Source: an uncultured Candidatus Rokubacteria bacterium
GTDB taxonomy: Bacteria > Methylomirabilota > Methylomirabilia > Rokubacteriales > CSP1-6
Reading direction: 5' to 3'
Length of the DNA: 64,000 bases
Assembly: GCA_963789955.1 (NCBI GenBank)
Contig: CAWBMV010000012.1
Coordinates: forward strand, 128,001 to 192,000
The position numbers and the translations under genes were made by a program. Under the pieces are notes generated by a model that saw only the letters and a program-made list of their open reading frames with translations, was not told where the DNA came from and did not search any database. Of the stretch, positions 29,782 through 39,963 are shown one piece after another. The first letter of the stretch is position 1. The number at the start of each line of letters is the position of its first letter.

Positions 29782-31272
29782 ATGGCGACGATCATCCGGG
29801 GTGGCCGTGTCCTCGACGTTCGCGCCCATCGGGCCGATGCCGCCGACGTCCTCGTCACCGGCGACACCATCACCGAGATCGGTGCGCCGGGCATGCCGGC
29901 GCCGGCCGATGCGACGGTGCTCGACGCGCGCGGCACACTCCTTCATCCCGGGCTGATCAATGCCCACACGCACGCCCACGGCAACCTCGCCAAGGGCATG
30001 GGCGACCGGTGGACGCTCGAGCTCTTGCTCACCGCCGGGCCGTGGATCAGCGGCGGGCGGACGCTCGAGGACAAGCATCTCAGCGCGAAGATCGGCGCGG
30101 TCGAGATGGTGCTGAAGGGCTGCACGGCCAGCTACGATCTCCCGCTCGAGTTTCCGGCGCCGACTCCCGAGGGACTCCACGCGGTCGGCAGCGCCTACGC
30201 GGCGGTCGGCATGCGCGCGGTCGTCGCGCCGATGGTCGCCGATCGGACGTTCTACGAAGCGATTCCGGGCCTGATGGACGTGCTCCCGCCGGCCTTGCAG
30301 CAGGACGTCGAGAAGCTACGCCCGGCGCCCTGGAAGACCAGCGTCGACAACATGCGGAGAGCGCTCTCCGAGTGGAAGCTCGACCGCGACCAGATCCGCC
30401 TGGCCGTCGCGCCGACGATCCCGCATCACTGCTCGGACGAGTTCATCCGCGCCTGCGTGGCGCTGGCCGCCGAGCACGGCGTCGGACTGCACACTCACGT
30501 CGCCGAGTCGAAGGTGCAGGCGATCGTCGGCCTGCAGCGCTACGGCAAGACGCTCACCGCGCACCTCGACGACCTCGGCGTGGTCAGCGACCGGTTCACG
30601 GTGGCCCACGGCGTGTGGCTCGACGAGGACGACATGCGGCGGCTCGGCGATCGCGGCGCCTCGGTCGCCCACAACCCGGGCAGCAACATGCGCCTGGGCA
30701 ACGGCCTGGCGGACATGCGCGCGATGCTCGAGCGCCGTGTGAACGTCGGCATCGGCACGGACGGCGCCAACTGCTCGGACAACCTGAACATGTACGAGTC
30801 GATGCGCCTGGCCTCGTTCGTGTCCAAGGCGCAGCGCCCGGATATCGAGCGCTGGGTGACCACGGACGAGGTGGCGCTGGCGGCGACGGAGGGCAGCGCG
30901 CGTGCGCTCGGCTTCCAGGGCCTGATCGGCCGGCTGGCCGCGGGCTACAAGGCCGACATCGTGTTTCTCGACCTGGGCCACGTCAACTGGATCCCGTTCA
31001 ACGATCCGACCAACCAGCTCGTTCATACCGAAGATGGCGGCGCGGTGACCCACGTGATGATCGGCGGCCGGATGGTCGTGCGAGATCGGCGGCTGACGAC
31101 GATCGACGTGGCCGCGCTCGGCCGCGAGGCCGAGGCGGCGCGCGAGCGGCTCGCGCGGCTCAACGCGCCCGGCCAGGCGCTCTACGAGCGACTCGCGGCG
31201 GTCGTCGGCCGGTTCTGTCCTGGTCTGGCCCACACGCCGTACCACGTCACCCGCTACGTCGGCCGGGCTTGA
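29782..31272 (+). CDS. Amidohydrolase family (MTA/SAH deaminase or triazine hydrolase-like)
   Basis: PGLINAHTH, LHTHVAES, AHGVW, HNPGSN and GTDG motifs. Confidence 0.9.
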   Translation: MATIIRGGRVLDVRAHRADAADVLVTGDTITEIGAPGMPAPADATVLDARGTLLHPGLINAHTHAHGNLAKGMGDRWTLELLLTAGPWISGGRTLEDKHLSAKIGAVEMVLKGCTASYDLPLEFPAPTPEGLHAVGSAYAAVGMRAVVAPMVADRTFYEAIPGLMDVLPPALQQDVEKLRPAPWKTSVDNMRRALSEWKLDRDQIRLAVAPTIPHHCSDEFIRACVALAAEHGVGLHTHVAESKVQAIVGLQRYGKTLTAHLDDLGVVSDRFTVAHGVWLDEDDMRRLGDRGASVAHNPGSNMRLGNGLADMRAMLERRVNVGIGTDGANCSDNLNMYESMRLASFVSKAQRPDIERWVTTDEVALAATEGSARALGFQGLIGRLAAGYKADIVFLDLGHVNWIPFNDPTNQLVHTEDGGAVTHVMIGGRMVVRDRRLTTIDVAALGREAEAARERLARLNAPGQALYERLAAVVGRFCPGLAHTPYHVTRYVGRA

Positions 31273-31395
31273 TCGGGCGCCCACAGTGCCGCTCGCGGCT
31301 TCGGACCTCGTGGTGACACAGCACCGAGTGAGCTCCGAGGCGGCGAAGGATACGCCGACTTCTCGCAGGCGTCACCGCGGACCTCGACTCATCCG

Positions 31396-32454
31396 TCACG
31401 CACGATCTGGTCTGACCCGCGAGCGAATCGCGGCGCCGGCGAACAGCTCGAGCGAGCGGCACACCTGCGCGTGTGAGAGGCCGCCGAAGCTGCACACGAG
31501 CAGGAGCGTGTCGACGCCGATCGCCTCGAGCCCGGCGACCTTTGCCGCGACCTCGTCGGGTGAGCCGATCAGCATGCCGCCGACGGCGGCGAGCTCGTCA
31601 TAGGTCTTTCCGCCCCAGACCCGGCCCGTCAGCTCCTTGAGGCGCGTGTCCGAGTATTCGCTCGGCAGGGGCGGTGCCGCGAGGGACGAGAGATACCAGA
31701 AGCCCTGGAGCGCCAGGGCGCCTTCGGCCCGCGCCGTCGCCGCCGTCTCGGCCACGTAGGTCTCGCGACAGAGCAGGAGCCGCGGTCGATACGGGCCTTC
31801 GCCGGCGGCGTCCGTGCGCGCGGCGACGGCCCCGCGATACTCCTCCACACAGCGCGCCACCACGTCGGTCGGCGTGAAGTGCATGGCGACCGGCCAGCCC
31901 CGCGCGCCGACGCGCGCGGCCGAGGCGGGACGGCTCGCCACCATGTGTAGCGGCGGGTGCGGCCGCTGGAAGGCACGAGGGCGCAGACTCAGCTCCGGAA
32001 AGCGCCAGAAGCGTCCCTCGTGTGACGCGGTGTCCTCGCGCCAGAGCTTCAGGAGGATCTCGATCGCCTCCTCCGTCATCTCGGGCGCGTCGTCGAAGCT
32101 CAGGCCGAGCTTGACGAACTCCCCCGGGCGCACGCCCTTGCCGATGCCGAAGTCGAAGCGCCCGCGCGCGAGATTGTCGAGGGTCGCCGCCTCGGCAGCG
32201 AGCCGCAGCGGATGGTGGAAGGGCAGGACGTTGACGTAGTTGCCGAAGCGCATCCGCGTGGTCCGCTGGAGCGCCGCGGCGATCATCAAGTTGGGGCTCG
32301 GCAAGAGCGAGTAGTCGGTGAAGTGATGCTCGGCGAACCAGCACTCGCCGAAGCCGAGCGTCTCGGCGAGCGCGATCTGATCGAGCATCTCGGCGTACGC
32401 CTGGTCGTGCGCGACGCCGCGGCCCTGGCAGTAGTAGAAAAGCCCGAAGTCCAT
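31396..32454 (-). CDS. LLM class flavin-dependent oxidoreductase
   Basis: MDFGLF, WFAEHHF, LPFHHPLRLA and GSPDEV motifs. Confidence 0.88.
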   Translation of the reverse strand: MDFGLFYYCQGRGVAHDQAYAEMLDQIALAETLGFGECWFAEHHFTDYSLLPSPNLMIAAALQRTTRMRFGNYVNVLPFHHPLRLAAEAATLDNLARGRFDFGIGKGVRPGEFVKLGLSFDDAPEMTEEAIEILLKLWREDTASHEGRFWRFPELSLRPRAFQRPHPPLHMVASRPASAARVGARGWPVAMHFTPTDVVARCVEEYRGAVAARTDAAGEGPYRPRLLLCRETYVAETAATARAEGALALQGFWYLSSLAAPPLPSEYSDTRLKELTGRVWGGKTYDELAAVGGMLIGSPDEVAAKVAGLEAIGVDTLLLVCSFGGLSHAQVCRSLELFAGAAIRSRVRPDRA

Positions 32455-32456
32455 CG

Positions 32457-34102
32457 TCAGGGCGGTCCCGGCGTCACGGCGAGCCGGTCGATCCACGTGA
32501 ACGTCAGGCGCCGCCCCAGATCGTAGCCGTCGTGATGCTTGAAGCCCTTCACGTACGGCGGGTGCGAGATGTAGCGCGGGTACATCGGCACGCCGACGTA
32601 GTACGCCTTGTCGGCGAGGTAGCGCTGGATCTCGTAGACGATCTCGCGGCGTTTCGTCGGGATCCATCTCGCGGCGCTGGGCGAGCAGGAGCTGGTTCAG
32701 CTCGGCGTCGTCGACGTGGCTGCGGTTCCACGGCGACCTCCGGATAGAACGTGCTCGTACAGGAAGTCGTCGACCTCGGTCACGCCCGCGCCGTAGGGAC
32801 CCATCGCCATCTTCTCGAACTTGCCGATCACCGGTCGTCGTCGAGTACTTGGCCGAGCTCTTCGGGCTTGAGCTCGACCGCGACGCCGACCTTGCTCAGC
32901 ATGTCGGCGGTGAGGTCGTAGTAGCTCCGCCAGGGCGGCGGGAAGCCCGGCCAGTGGAACAGCGGCGCGGTGAAGCCGCGCGGAAAGCCGGCCTCGGCGA
33001 GGAGCCGCCGGGCCTCGGCCGGGTCGTAGCCGATCGAGGTACTTGCGCTGGGTCGGCGTCGAGCTTCGCGGCGTCGAGCTTCCACTCGGTCATCGCGCAG
33101 GGGACGGGTCCGGAATCGAGGCAGCCCTCGCCGTAGAGCAGCGCGTCGTTCCAGGACTTGCGGTCGATGGCCAGCGACACCGCGCGGCGAACGCGGACGT
33201 CGTTGAACGGCGGCTGATCGGTGCGCAGGAAGATGTGACGCGACGTCGACGACCATGCTGCGGCGACGATCGACCATCTCAGGATTCGTTGCGCTTGAGC
33301 GCCTTGCCGTCTTCCGGGCGTCAGAAATCCCCACCAGTGGGCGAGCTCGATCTTGCCGGTGCGGAGCAACGCCAGACGCGCGGCCTGGTCGGGCACGATC
33401 TCGAACGTGACCGCCGTCGAGATACGGGCAAGCCCGGCATGTAGTAGTCCGGGTTGCGCTCGAAGACGATCCGCACGCCGCGCTCGTAGGACTTCAGCAC
33501 GAAGGGGCCGGTGCCGATCACCGCGTCGGCGCTGTTGAAGTCCTTGAACCGCTCCTCGGCCTCGCGCGGAAGGATGGCCGTATGAGCCGCGCTCGCGAGG
33601 TGGTTCAGGAACGGGCGCGAACGGCTCCTTGAGGACGATCCGCACGGTGTAGCGGTCGACGACGTCGATCGACTGGACCGGGTCGAAGCGCGCCCGGATC
33701 GGGCGATTTCGCCCGGAAGCGCTCGAGCGAGTACTTCACGTCGTCGGCCACGACCTCGCGGCCGTTCACCGGCGGCTTCTTGTGGAAGCGCACGCCCTTG
33801 CGGAGCGAGAAGACCAAGGTGGTCGGGTTCTGGTACTCCCACTTCTCGGCGAGATCCGGAAGGATCCGAAGGTCGGTCGGGCTCGTCTGCTCCGGCCCGG
33901 CGGGGAAGCGCAGCAGGTGGCCGTAGGCGAGACTGGCGACGGTTTGCGGCAAGAAGTTGACGACCAGATGCGGATCGAGCGCCGGCGGGTCGGGCACGCC
34001 GATGCGGAAGACGCCGCCCGGCCTGGGCTGCGCCGAGGCGTCGATCGACGACGTGAGTATCGCCAGGGTGAGCAGGCTCACGAGGACAATCCGCCGAGTC
34101 AT
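32457..34102 (-). CDS. ABC transporter family 5 solute-binding protein, multiple frameshifts
   Basis: Segments in several frames: GGVFRIG..LDPH, PDLAEKW, FHKKPPVNGRE, IGTGPF, PPFNDVRVRRA and YDLGRRLTFTWIDR. Confidence 0.8.
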
Positions 34103-34118
34103 CGGCCCGCCTCCTGAA

Positions 34119-35066
34119 TCATGGGCGCGCCTCGGCCGGCGGGGCCCCAGCCCCGCGACGGCCTGCAGCGCGCACTACGCGCGCGCCCTGGAGAACCGAC
34201 TTCTCGTCCTTGAACGCCCCGCGGATCCAGTCGATCAGGAGCCGCACGCGCGGGACGGTCTTGAGATCGGGATGGACGAGCAGCCAGTAGTCGTCGCTGA
34301 GCTCGGCCAGGGGCGCCGTGAGGCGTACGAGCGTCGGATCCGAGTCGCCGACGAAGCACGGCAGGATGCCGAGCCCGGCGCCGGCGCGGATCGCGTCGAG
34401 CTGCAGTGTGAAGCGATTCGCCCGCACTCGCGGACGGCGGTCGCCGAGATGTCCCATCAAGAACGCCATCGAGCGGAAATACTCGTGGGGCGCGTCGTAG
34501 GCGACCCACGGGCACGTGCGCCAGCGTGCCTCGGTCCGCGCGGTCGGCTGCGCGTCGACGAGACTCGTCGCGCCGTAGACGGCCGCCTCGATCGTGCCCA
34601 GCCCGACGCGCACCAGGTGGTTGCGCGCCGGGAGCCCGTGCTTGATCCACAGATCCGCTTCTCGCCGATCGAGATCCGGCTCGGTGTGTGTCTCGACCAG
34701 CTCGACCGTGAGATCGGCGTGCCGGGCGCTCAGGCTCCCCAGGCGCGGGGAGAGAAAGCGCGCCGGCCATTCCCCGGCGGAGACCCGGACGACGCCACCG
34801 CCGTCGTCGCCGAAGGCCATCCGCCGGCGATCGATGGCGGTGGCCGCTTCGGCCATGCTCTGCGCCATCGGCATGAGGTGCTGGCCGCCCTTCGTCAGCC
34901 GATGACCGTCCGGGGTGCGCTCGAAGAGGCGTGTGCCCAGGCTCTGCTCGAGCTGCCGCAGGTGGCGGATGACGGTGGGCTGGCCGAAGCCGAGCACCCG
35001 CGCGGCGCGGCGCAGGCTGCCGGCCTGGGCGATGGCGAGGAAGACGCGAAGATCGTCCCACTGCAC
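34119..35066 (-). CDS. LysR family transcriptional regulator
   Basis: WDDLRVFLAIAQAGSLRRAA..QPTVIRHLRQLEQSLG HTH; GLGILPCF; WLLVHPDL. Confidence 0.92.
   Translation of the reverse strand: MQWDDLRVFLAIAQAGSLRRAARVLGFGQPTVIRHLRQLEQSLGTRLFERTPDGHRLTKGGQHLMPMAQSMAEAATAIDRRRMAFGDDGGGVVRVSAGEWPARFLSPRLGSLSARHADLTVELVETHTEPDLDRREADLWIKHGLPARNHLVRVGLGTIEAAVYGATSLVDAQPTARTEARWRTCPWVAYDAPHEYFRSMAFLMGHLGDRRPRVRANRFTLQLDAIRAGAGLGILPCFVGDSDPTLVRLTAPLAELSDDYWLLVHPDLKTVPRVRLLIDWIRGAFKDEKSVLQGARVVRAAGRRGAGAPPAEARP
34123..34188 (-). repeat. Dispersed GTAG-containing palindromic repeat, copy 2, translated as the LysR C-terminus
   Basis: Outer stem GGGCGCGC/GCGCGCCC and inner stem GGCCG-GCGGGGC/GCCCCGC-CGGCC. 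Similar to 8259-8296. Confidence 0.6.
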
Positions 35067-35188
35067 GGCGCCAGATTAGCAACTTCGACGGCTTCGACGT
35101 GCTCCGAATCCGGAGCGGGGCGGTCCGCCCCTGGCGGCTTCCGCGGGAGGGCGCGCGATGGTGGACTGACGGGCAAGGAGGACACGCA

Positions 35189-35401
35189 ATGTGCGACAAC
35201 GAGTATCTGGCCCACGCGATGATCAGCGACCGGCTCCGCGAGGCCGAGGCCCAGGGCGCGCTCCGCGCGATGATTCAGCAGGCGCTCGAAGCCGGCGCGG
35301 CTCGCCGGCCGGCCCGGCCCACCCGGCTCGAGGTCTGGTGGCAGGCATCCGCCGCCTGGGTGGCTCAGCTCGCGCTTCCCAAGATGTGGAATAGGCTCTA
35401 G
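35189..35401 (+). CDS. Small hypothetical protein (70 aa)
   Basis: AAGGAGG RBS; MCDNEYLAHAMISDRLREAEAQG...; divergent from lysR. Confidence 0.6.
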   Translation: MCDNEYLAHAMISDRLREAEAQGALRAMIQQALEAGAARRPARPTRLEVWWQASAAWVAQLALPKMWNRL

Positions 35402-35410
35402 GCTAGCGGC

Positions 35411-38400
35411 GTGTACCTGGACCCGAGGCTCTGGGCGCTCACGACGGGCGTCCGCGGTCGCATCGCCGCGACCGTCCTGGTCGGTCTCGCCGCCGTCGCC
35501 GCCGGAATCGCGCGGCTCGCCCTGCTCGGCTGGCTCCTCGGCCGCGTCCTGACCGGCGAATCGCTCGCCGCGCTGGTTCCCGCGATCGCGCTCACGGCGC
35601 TGGCGCTCGCCGCGCGGAGCGCCCTGGACTACGCGCGCACGATGGTGGCGCACCACACGGCCGCCCGGGTGCAGGAGCGTCTGCGCCAGATCCTCTACAC
35701 CCAGATCGCCTCGCTCGGCCCCGCCCACTTCGTCCGCGCGCGGACCGGCGACGTGATGCTTTCGATGGTGGAAGGCGTGCAGCAGCTCGAGACCTACTTC
35801 GGCCAGTATCTCCCGCAGCTCTTCGTCTCGGCGATCACGCCGCTGCTCATCTTCGGATTCGTCGCGTTCGTGGATCTGCCGGTCGCGCTCGTGCTGCTGG
35901 TCGCCGCGTTCGTGGTGCTGCTGGCGCCGGCGCTCTGGCACAGCAAGGATCGCCAGGCGAGTCTGGCCCGCAATCGCGCCTACGCCGCCTTCGGCGCCGA
36001 TTTTCTCGACGCGGTGCAGGGGCTGGCGACACTCAAGGCGTTCGGCCAGAGCGGCGCGCGGGCCCGGCAGCTCCAGCATCGCGCCCACGAGCTCTTCCGG
36101 AGCACGATGTGGGTGCTCGGCAGCAACACGATGGCGCGCGGCATCACGGACACGGGCATCGCGTTGGGGGCCGCGGTGGCGCTGACGCTCGGCGCCTGGC
36201 GTGTCAGCACCGGCGCGATGTCCGTGCCCGCGCTGCTGATCATCCTGATGCTCGGCGTCGAAGTGTTCCGTCCGCTGCGAGAGCTGCGCATCCTGCTCCA
36301 CCAGGGGATGCTGGGTCTCTCCGCGGCCCGCGGCATTTTCGCGCTCCTCGACGCCGTGCCGGCCGTGTCGGATCGCGCGGCCGGCCCGGAGCCGGCTGAC
36401 GCCGGCGTGGCCTTCGAGGACATCACGTTCGCCTATCCGGGGGCGCGTCGCCCGGCGCACGTCGAGCTGAGCTTCCACGTTCGGCCGGGCGAGCGCGTCG
36501 CGATCGTGGGACCGAGCGGCTCGGGCAAGTCGACGATCGCGCGGCTGCTGCTCAGGTTCCACGATCCCGATCGCGGCCGGGTCACGATCGGCGGCCGCGA
36601 CCTGCGCCAGCTGAGCCTCGAGCAGGTGCGAAGCCGCGTGGCGCTCGTCAGCCAGGACACGTGGCTCTTCCACGGCACCGTCGAGGACAACATCCGGATG
36701 GGCAAGCCCGACGCGAGCGCCGACGAGCTCCGCGCGGCCGCGCGCGCCGCGAACGCCGAGGAGTTCATCCTGCGCCTGCCGCAGAGCTACGACACGGTGG
36801 TCGGCGAGCGCGGCGTCCGGCTCTCGGGCGGGCAGCGGCAGCGCATCGCGATCGCCCGCGCGCTCCTGCGCGACGCGCCCATCCTGGTGCTCGACGAGGC
36901 GCTCTCGTCGGTGGATGCCGAGAGCGAGGCGCTGATCCAGGCAGCACTCGACCGGCTCATGCGGGGTCGTACGACGCTCATCTTCGCGCACCGGCTCTCG
37001 AGCGTGATCGGCGCCGATCGGATTCTCGTGCTCGACCAGGGGCGTCTGGTGGAGCAGGGCACCCACGCCGCGCTGATCGGCCGCGGCGGGGCCTACACGC
37101 GCCTGATGGCCGGGCAGGCGAGGGACGGCGCGGGCGCCGTGGCCGTTGGCGCCCGGCCGACCGTGATGACCGCCAACGGCGATGGCGTCGCCGCGGCCGA
37201 CGCCGACGCGCCGGGTGACGAGCCGCAGGCCATCATCGGCGCCGAGCAGGTCGGCTGGGGCGCGGTGCTGCGCACGCTCGTCGACAAGACGCGGGGCTAT
37301 CGCGCCCGGCTGACGTTGACGTTCTTTCTCGGCGTCGCGCGGGTCACGGCCCTGATCGGCGTCGGCGTCCTCAGCGCGCTCGCGGTGCGCGCCGTCAAGC
37401 GCGGCGAGCCGGCCGGCCCGCTGCTCGCGGGCCTGCTCGTGGTGGCGCCGCTCGCCGGCATCCTGCACTGGTGCGAATCCTGGCTGGCCCACGACGTCGC
37501 GTACCGGCTGCTCGCCGACATGCGTCTGGCGGTGTTCCAGAAGCTCGACGCGCTGGCGCCGGCCTATCTCACGCGGCGCCGGTCGGGTGATCTGGTGGGC
37601 GCGGCCACCCACGACGTGGAGCTGATCGAATACTTCTTCGCCCACACGGTGACGCCCGCGTTCGTCGCGGTGCTGGTGCCGGCCGCCGTGCTGGTCGCGC
37701 TCGGCGAGTTCGGCGGCGCCCTGGTGCTCGTGCTCGTGCCGTTCCTTCTGTACACGGCGCTCGTCCCCGTGCTCGGCCGCTCTCGCATCGATCGCCTGAG
37801 CTCGCGCGCGCGCGAGGCGTCGGGCGATCTGAACGCGCACGTGGTCGACACCGTTCAGGGCCTGGCCGAGATCGTCGCGTACCGTCGCGTGACGGCCTGG
37901 GGCGAGGCGCTCGGCGCCAAGGCTCGCCGCTTCTACGAGCTGCGCCTGCCGTTCCTGCGCGATCTCGCCCGCCAGACGGCCTTCCAGGAAACGGCCACCG
38001 GCCTCGGCGGCCTCGCGGTGATCGCCGTGGGCGCGTGGCTCGCGCATCAGGGACGCATGGACGCCGCGAGCCTGCCGTTGCTGACCTTGCTCGCGCTGTC
38101 CGCGTTCGTTCCGTTGTGGGAGATCGCTCAGGTCGGCCGCCAGCTCGCCGACACGCTCGGCGCCGCCCGGCGGCTCAGCGCCGTCGAGGCGGAGCCGATC
38201 CCGGTGACCGACGGACCGGGTGTTCCGGCCGCGCCGGCTCGCGGCGGCCTCGCGGTCGAGCTCGCGGACGTGCGCTTCACCTATCCCGGCCGTACGCGCC
38301 CGGCTCTGGACGGCGTCTCGCTCAGGATCAAGGACGGTAGCACGGTCGCGCTGGTCGGGCCGTCCGGCGCGGGGAAGACGACGGTCGCCAGCCTGCTGCT

Positions 38401-38998
38401 GCGCTTCTGGGATCCGCAGTCGGGTGTGATCCGCCTGTTCGGTCACGATCTGCGCGAGTACCAGCTGGACGAGCTTCGCAAGCGGATCGCGCTGGTGGCG
38501 CAGGACACCTATCTCTTCAACGACACGCTACGCGCCAACGTCATGCTGGCGCGCCCCGACGCGGACGACGCCGCGCTGGGGCTCGCCATCGAGCGCGCGG
38601 CGCTGCACGATCTCGTGACGGAACTACCCGACGGACTCGATACGGTGGTGGGCGAGCGGGGCGCGCAGCTCTCGGGCGGCCAGCGTCAGCGGGTGGCGAT
38701 CGCGCGCGCGTTTCTCAAGGACGCGCCCGTGCTGATCCTGGACGAGGCGACCTCGCACCTCGATGCCGTGAGCGAAGCCGCCGTGCGCTCGGCGCTCGAG
38801 CGTCTCGCGCAGGACCGGACGACGCTCGTCATCGCGCATCGGCTCTCCACGGTGCGCGATGCCGACGCGATCGTCGTGCTCGACGACGGCAAGCTGGTCG
38901 AGGTCGGCCGGCACGCCGAGCTCCTCGCGCGGGGCGATCTCTACGCGCATCTGGTGGCTCGGCAGCTCGGCGGCGGGATTCCGGCCGCCGCGGACTAG
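35411..38998 (+). CDS. Fused ABC exporter TMD-NBD-TMD-NBD (CydD/CydC-like)
   Basis: Two Walker A motifs (GPSGSGKST, GPSGAGKTT), two LSGGQRQR signatures, two LDEA motifs and two multi-TM domains. Confidence 0.92.
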   Translation: MYLDPRLWALTTGVRGRIAATVLVGLAAVAAGIARLALLGWLLGRVLTGESLAALVPAIALTALALAARSALDYARTMVAHHTAARVQERLRQILYTQIASLGPAHFVRARTGDVMLSMVEGVQQLETYFGQYLPQLFVSAITPLLIFGFVAFVDLPVALVLLVAAFVVLLAPALWHSKDRQASLARNRAYAAFGADFLDAVQGLATLKAFGQSGARARQLQHRAHELFRSTMWVLGSNTMARGITDTGIALGAAVALTLGAWRVSTGAMSVPALLIILMLGVEVFRPLRELRILLHQGMLGLSAARGIFALLDAVPAVSDRAAGPEPADAGVAFEDITFAYPGARRPAHVELSFHVRPGERVAIVGPSGSGKSTIARLLLRFHDPDRGRVTIGGRDLRQLSLEQVRSRVALVSQDTWLFHGTVEDNIRMGKPDASADELRAAARAANAEEFILRLPQSYDTVVGERGVRLSGGQRQRIAIARALLRDAPILVLDEALSSVDAESEALIQAALDRLMRGRTTLIFAHRLSSVIGADRILVLDQGRLVEQGTHAALIGRGGAYTRLMAGQARDGAGAVAVGARPTVMTANGDGVAAADADAPGDEPQAIIGAEQVGWGAVLRTLVDKTRGYRARLTLTFFLGVARVTALIGVGVLSALAVRAVKRGEPAGPLLAGLLVVAPLAGILHWCESWLAHDVAYRLLADMRLAVFQKLDALAPAYLTRRRSGDLVGAATHDVELIEYFFAHTVTPAFVAVLVPAAVLVALGEFGGALVLVLVPFLLYTALVPVLGRSRIDRLSSRAREASGDLNAHVVDTVQGLAEIVAYRRVTAWGEALGAKARRFYELRLPFLRDLARQTAFQETATGLGGLAVIAVGAWLAHQGRMDAASLPLLTLLALSAFVPLWEIAQVGRQLADTLGAARRLSAVEAEPIPVTDGPGVPAAPARGGLAVELADVRFTYPGRTRPALDGVSLRIKDGSTVALVGPSGAGKTTVASLLLRFWDPQSGVIRLFGHDLREYQLDELRKRIALVAQDTYLFNDTLRANVMLARPDADDAALGLAIERAALHDLVTELPDGLDTVVGERGAQLSGGQRQRVAIARAFLKDAPVLILDEATSHLDAVSEAAVRSALERLAQDRTTLVIAHRLSTVRDADAIVVLDDGKLVEVGRHAELLARGDLYAHLVARQLGGGIPAAAD

Positions 38999-39019
38999 TC
39001 GCGTCGGCGCCGGGCGACG

Positions 39020-39933
39020 ATGAAAGAAGCCGTCAGCCGAACCGCCCTGGCCGTCACCCTCTGGAGGGCCCGGGAATCCTCTCGCTCTGCGTCGAGTCGA
39101 CTCTTCGAGGACGATCTGGCCTCTGTGTTTCTCGACCGCCGCTTCCGGTGGGCGCTTCATCTGTCGCGGCTGCCTCTGGTCGGCGCCATGGTGCCGTGGT
39201 CGCTCATCGACGGGCACTGGGCCGGATCGAGGGGAACGGTGGCGGTGCGGACGAGATACATCGATGATGCCCTGGCGGCCGCGCTGCGCAATGGCGTGGA
39301 GCAGGTCGTGATCCTCGGCGCCGGGTTCGACAGCCGAGCCTATCGAGTCCCGGGGATGGACCGGATCCGTGTCTTCGAAGTGGACCACCCCATCGACGCA
39401 GGCCGAGAAGAAGAGGGTGGTGGTACGACGACTCGGAAGCACTCCCGCGCTCATGTCGAGTTCGTTCCGATCGATTTCAGCACGCATACCCTCGACGCGA
39501 TGCTGCCGGCCGCCGGATTTCGAGCGACGACCCGGACGTTCTTCATCTGCGAAGGCGTCACGCACTATCTGTCGGCGTCGGACGTCGATACGCTGTTTCG
39601 GTACGTCGCCCGAAGCGCGGACGCCGGGAGTGAGATGGTCTTCACGTACATTCACCGGACCATCCTCGACGGGACCGCCACGTTTGCCGGAGCGGGGAAG
39701 ACTCTGGCGATCGTTCGCGGTCCGGCGAGCCGTACACGTTCGGCTTCGATCCGGCCGAGCTGGCTCAGTATCTCGCGGCCCGTGACCTCGAGCTGATCGA
39801 AGACGTCGGGGCCAGCACGTATCGCGCGCGCTACCTCGACCCGCTCGGCCGCGGGCACGAGCCGCTCTCGGAGTTCCAGCGGGCCGCGCTCGTGCGAGTT
39901 ACCGGGCCGGGCAGCCGCGTGAAGGGGGCGTGA
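39020..39933 (+). CDS. LCM/ML2640-type SAM-dependent methyltransferase; frameshifts near 39395 and 39720
   Basis: VSRTAL..RARES, RTRYIDD, QVVILGAGFDSRAYR, FEVDHP and EGVTHYL motifs. Confidence 0.85.
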
Positions 39934-39947
39934 CCCCTCCACGCGGC
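39914..39947. terminator. GC-rich hairpin between convergent genes
   Basis: GCCGCGTG-A-AGGGG-[GCGTGA]-CCCCT-C-CACGCGGC. Confidence 0.5.
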
Positions 39948-39963
39948 CGCCCAAGCGCGGGGG

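Noticed and set aside
34895..38446. 1183-aa minus-strand ORF, and many other long antisense ORFs such as 7561-9702 and 59880-61625
   Set aside because: These are shadow ORFs opposite well-supported genes. They are expected at high GC and show no recognisable motifs.
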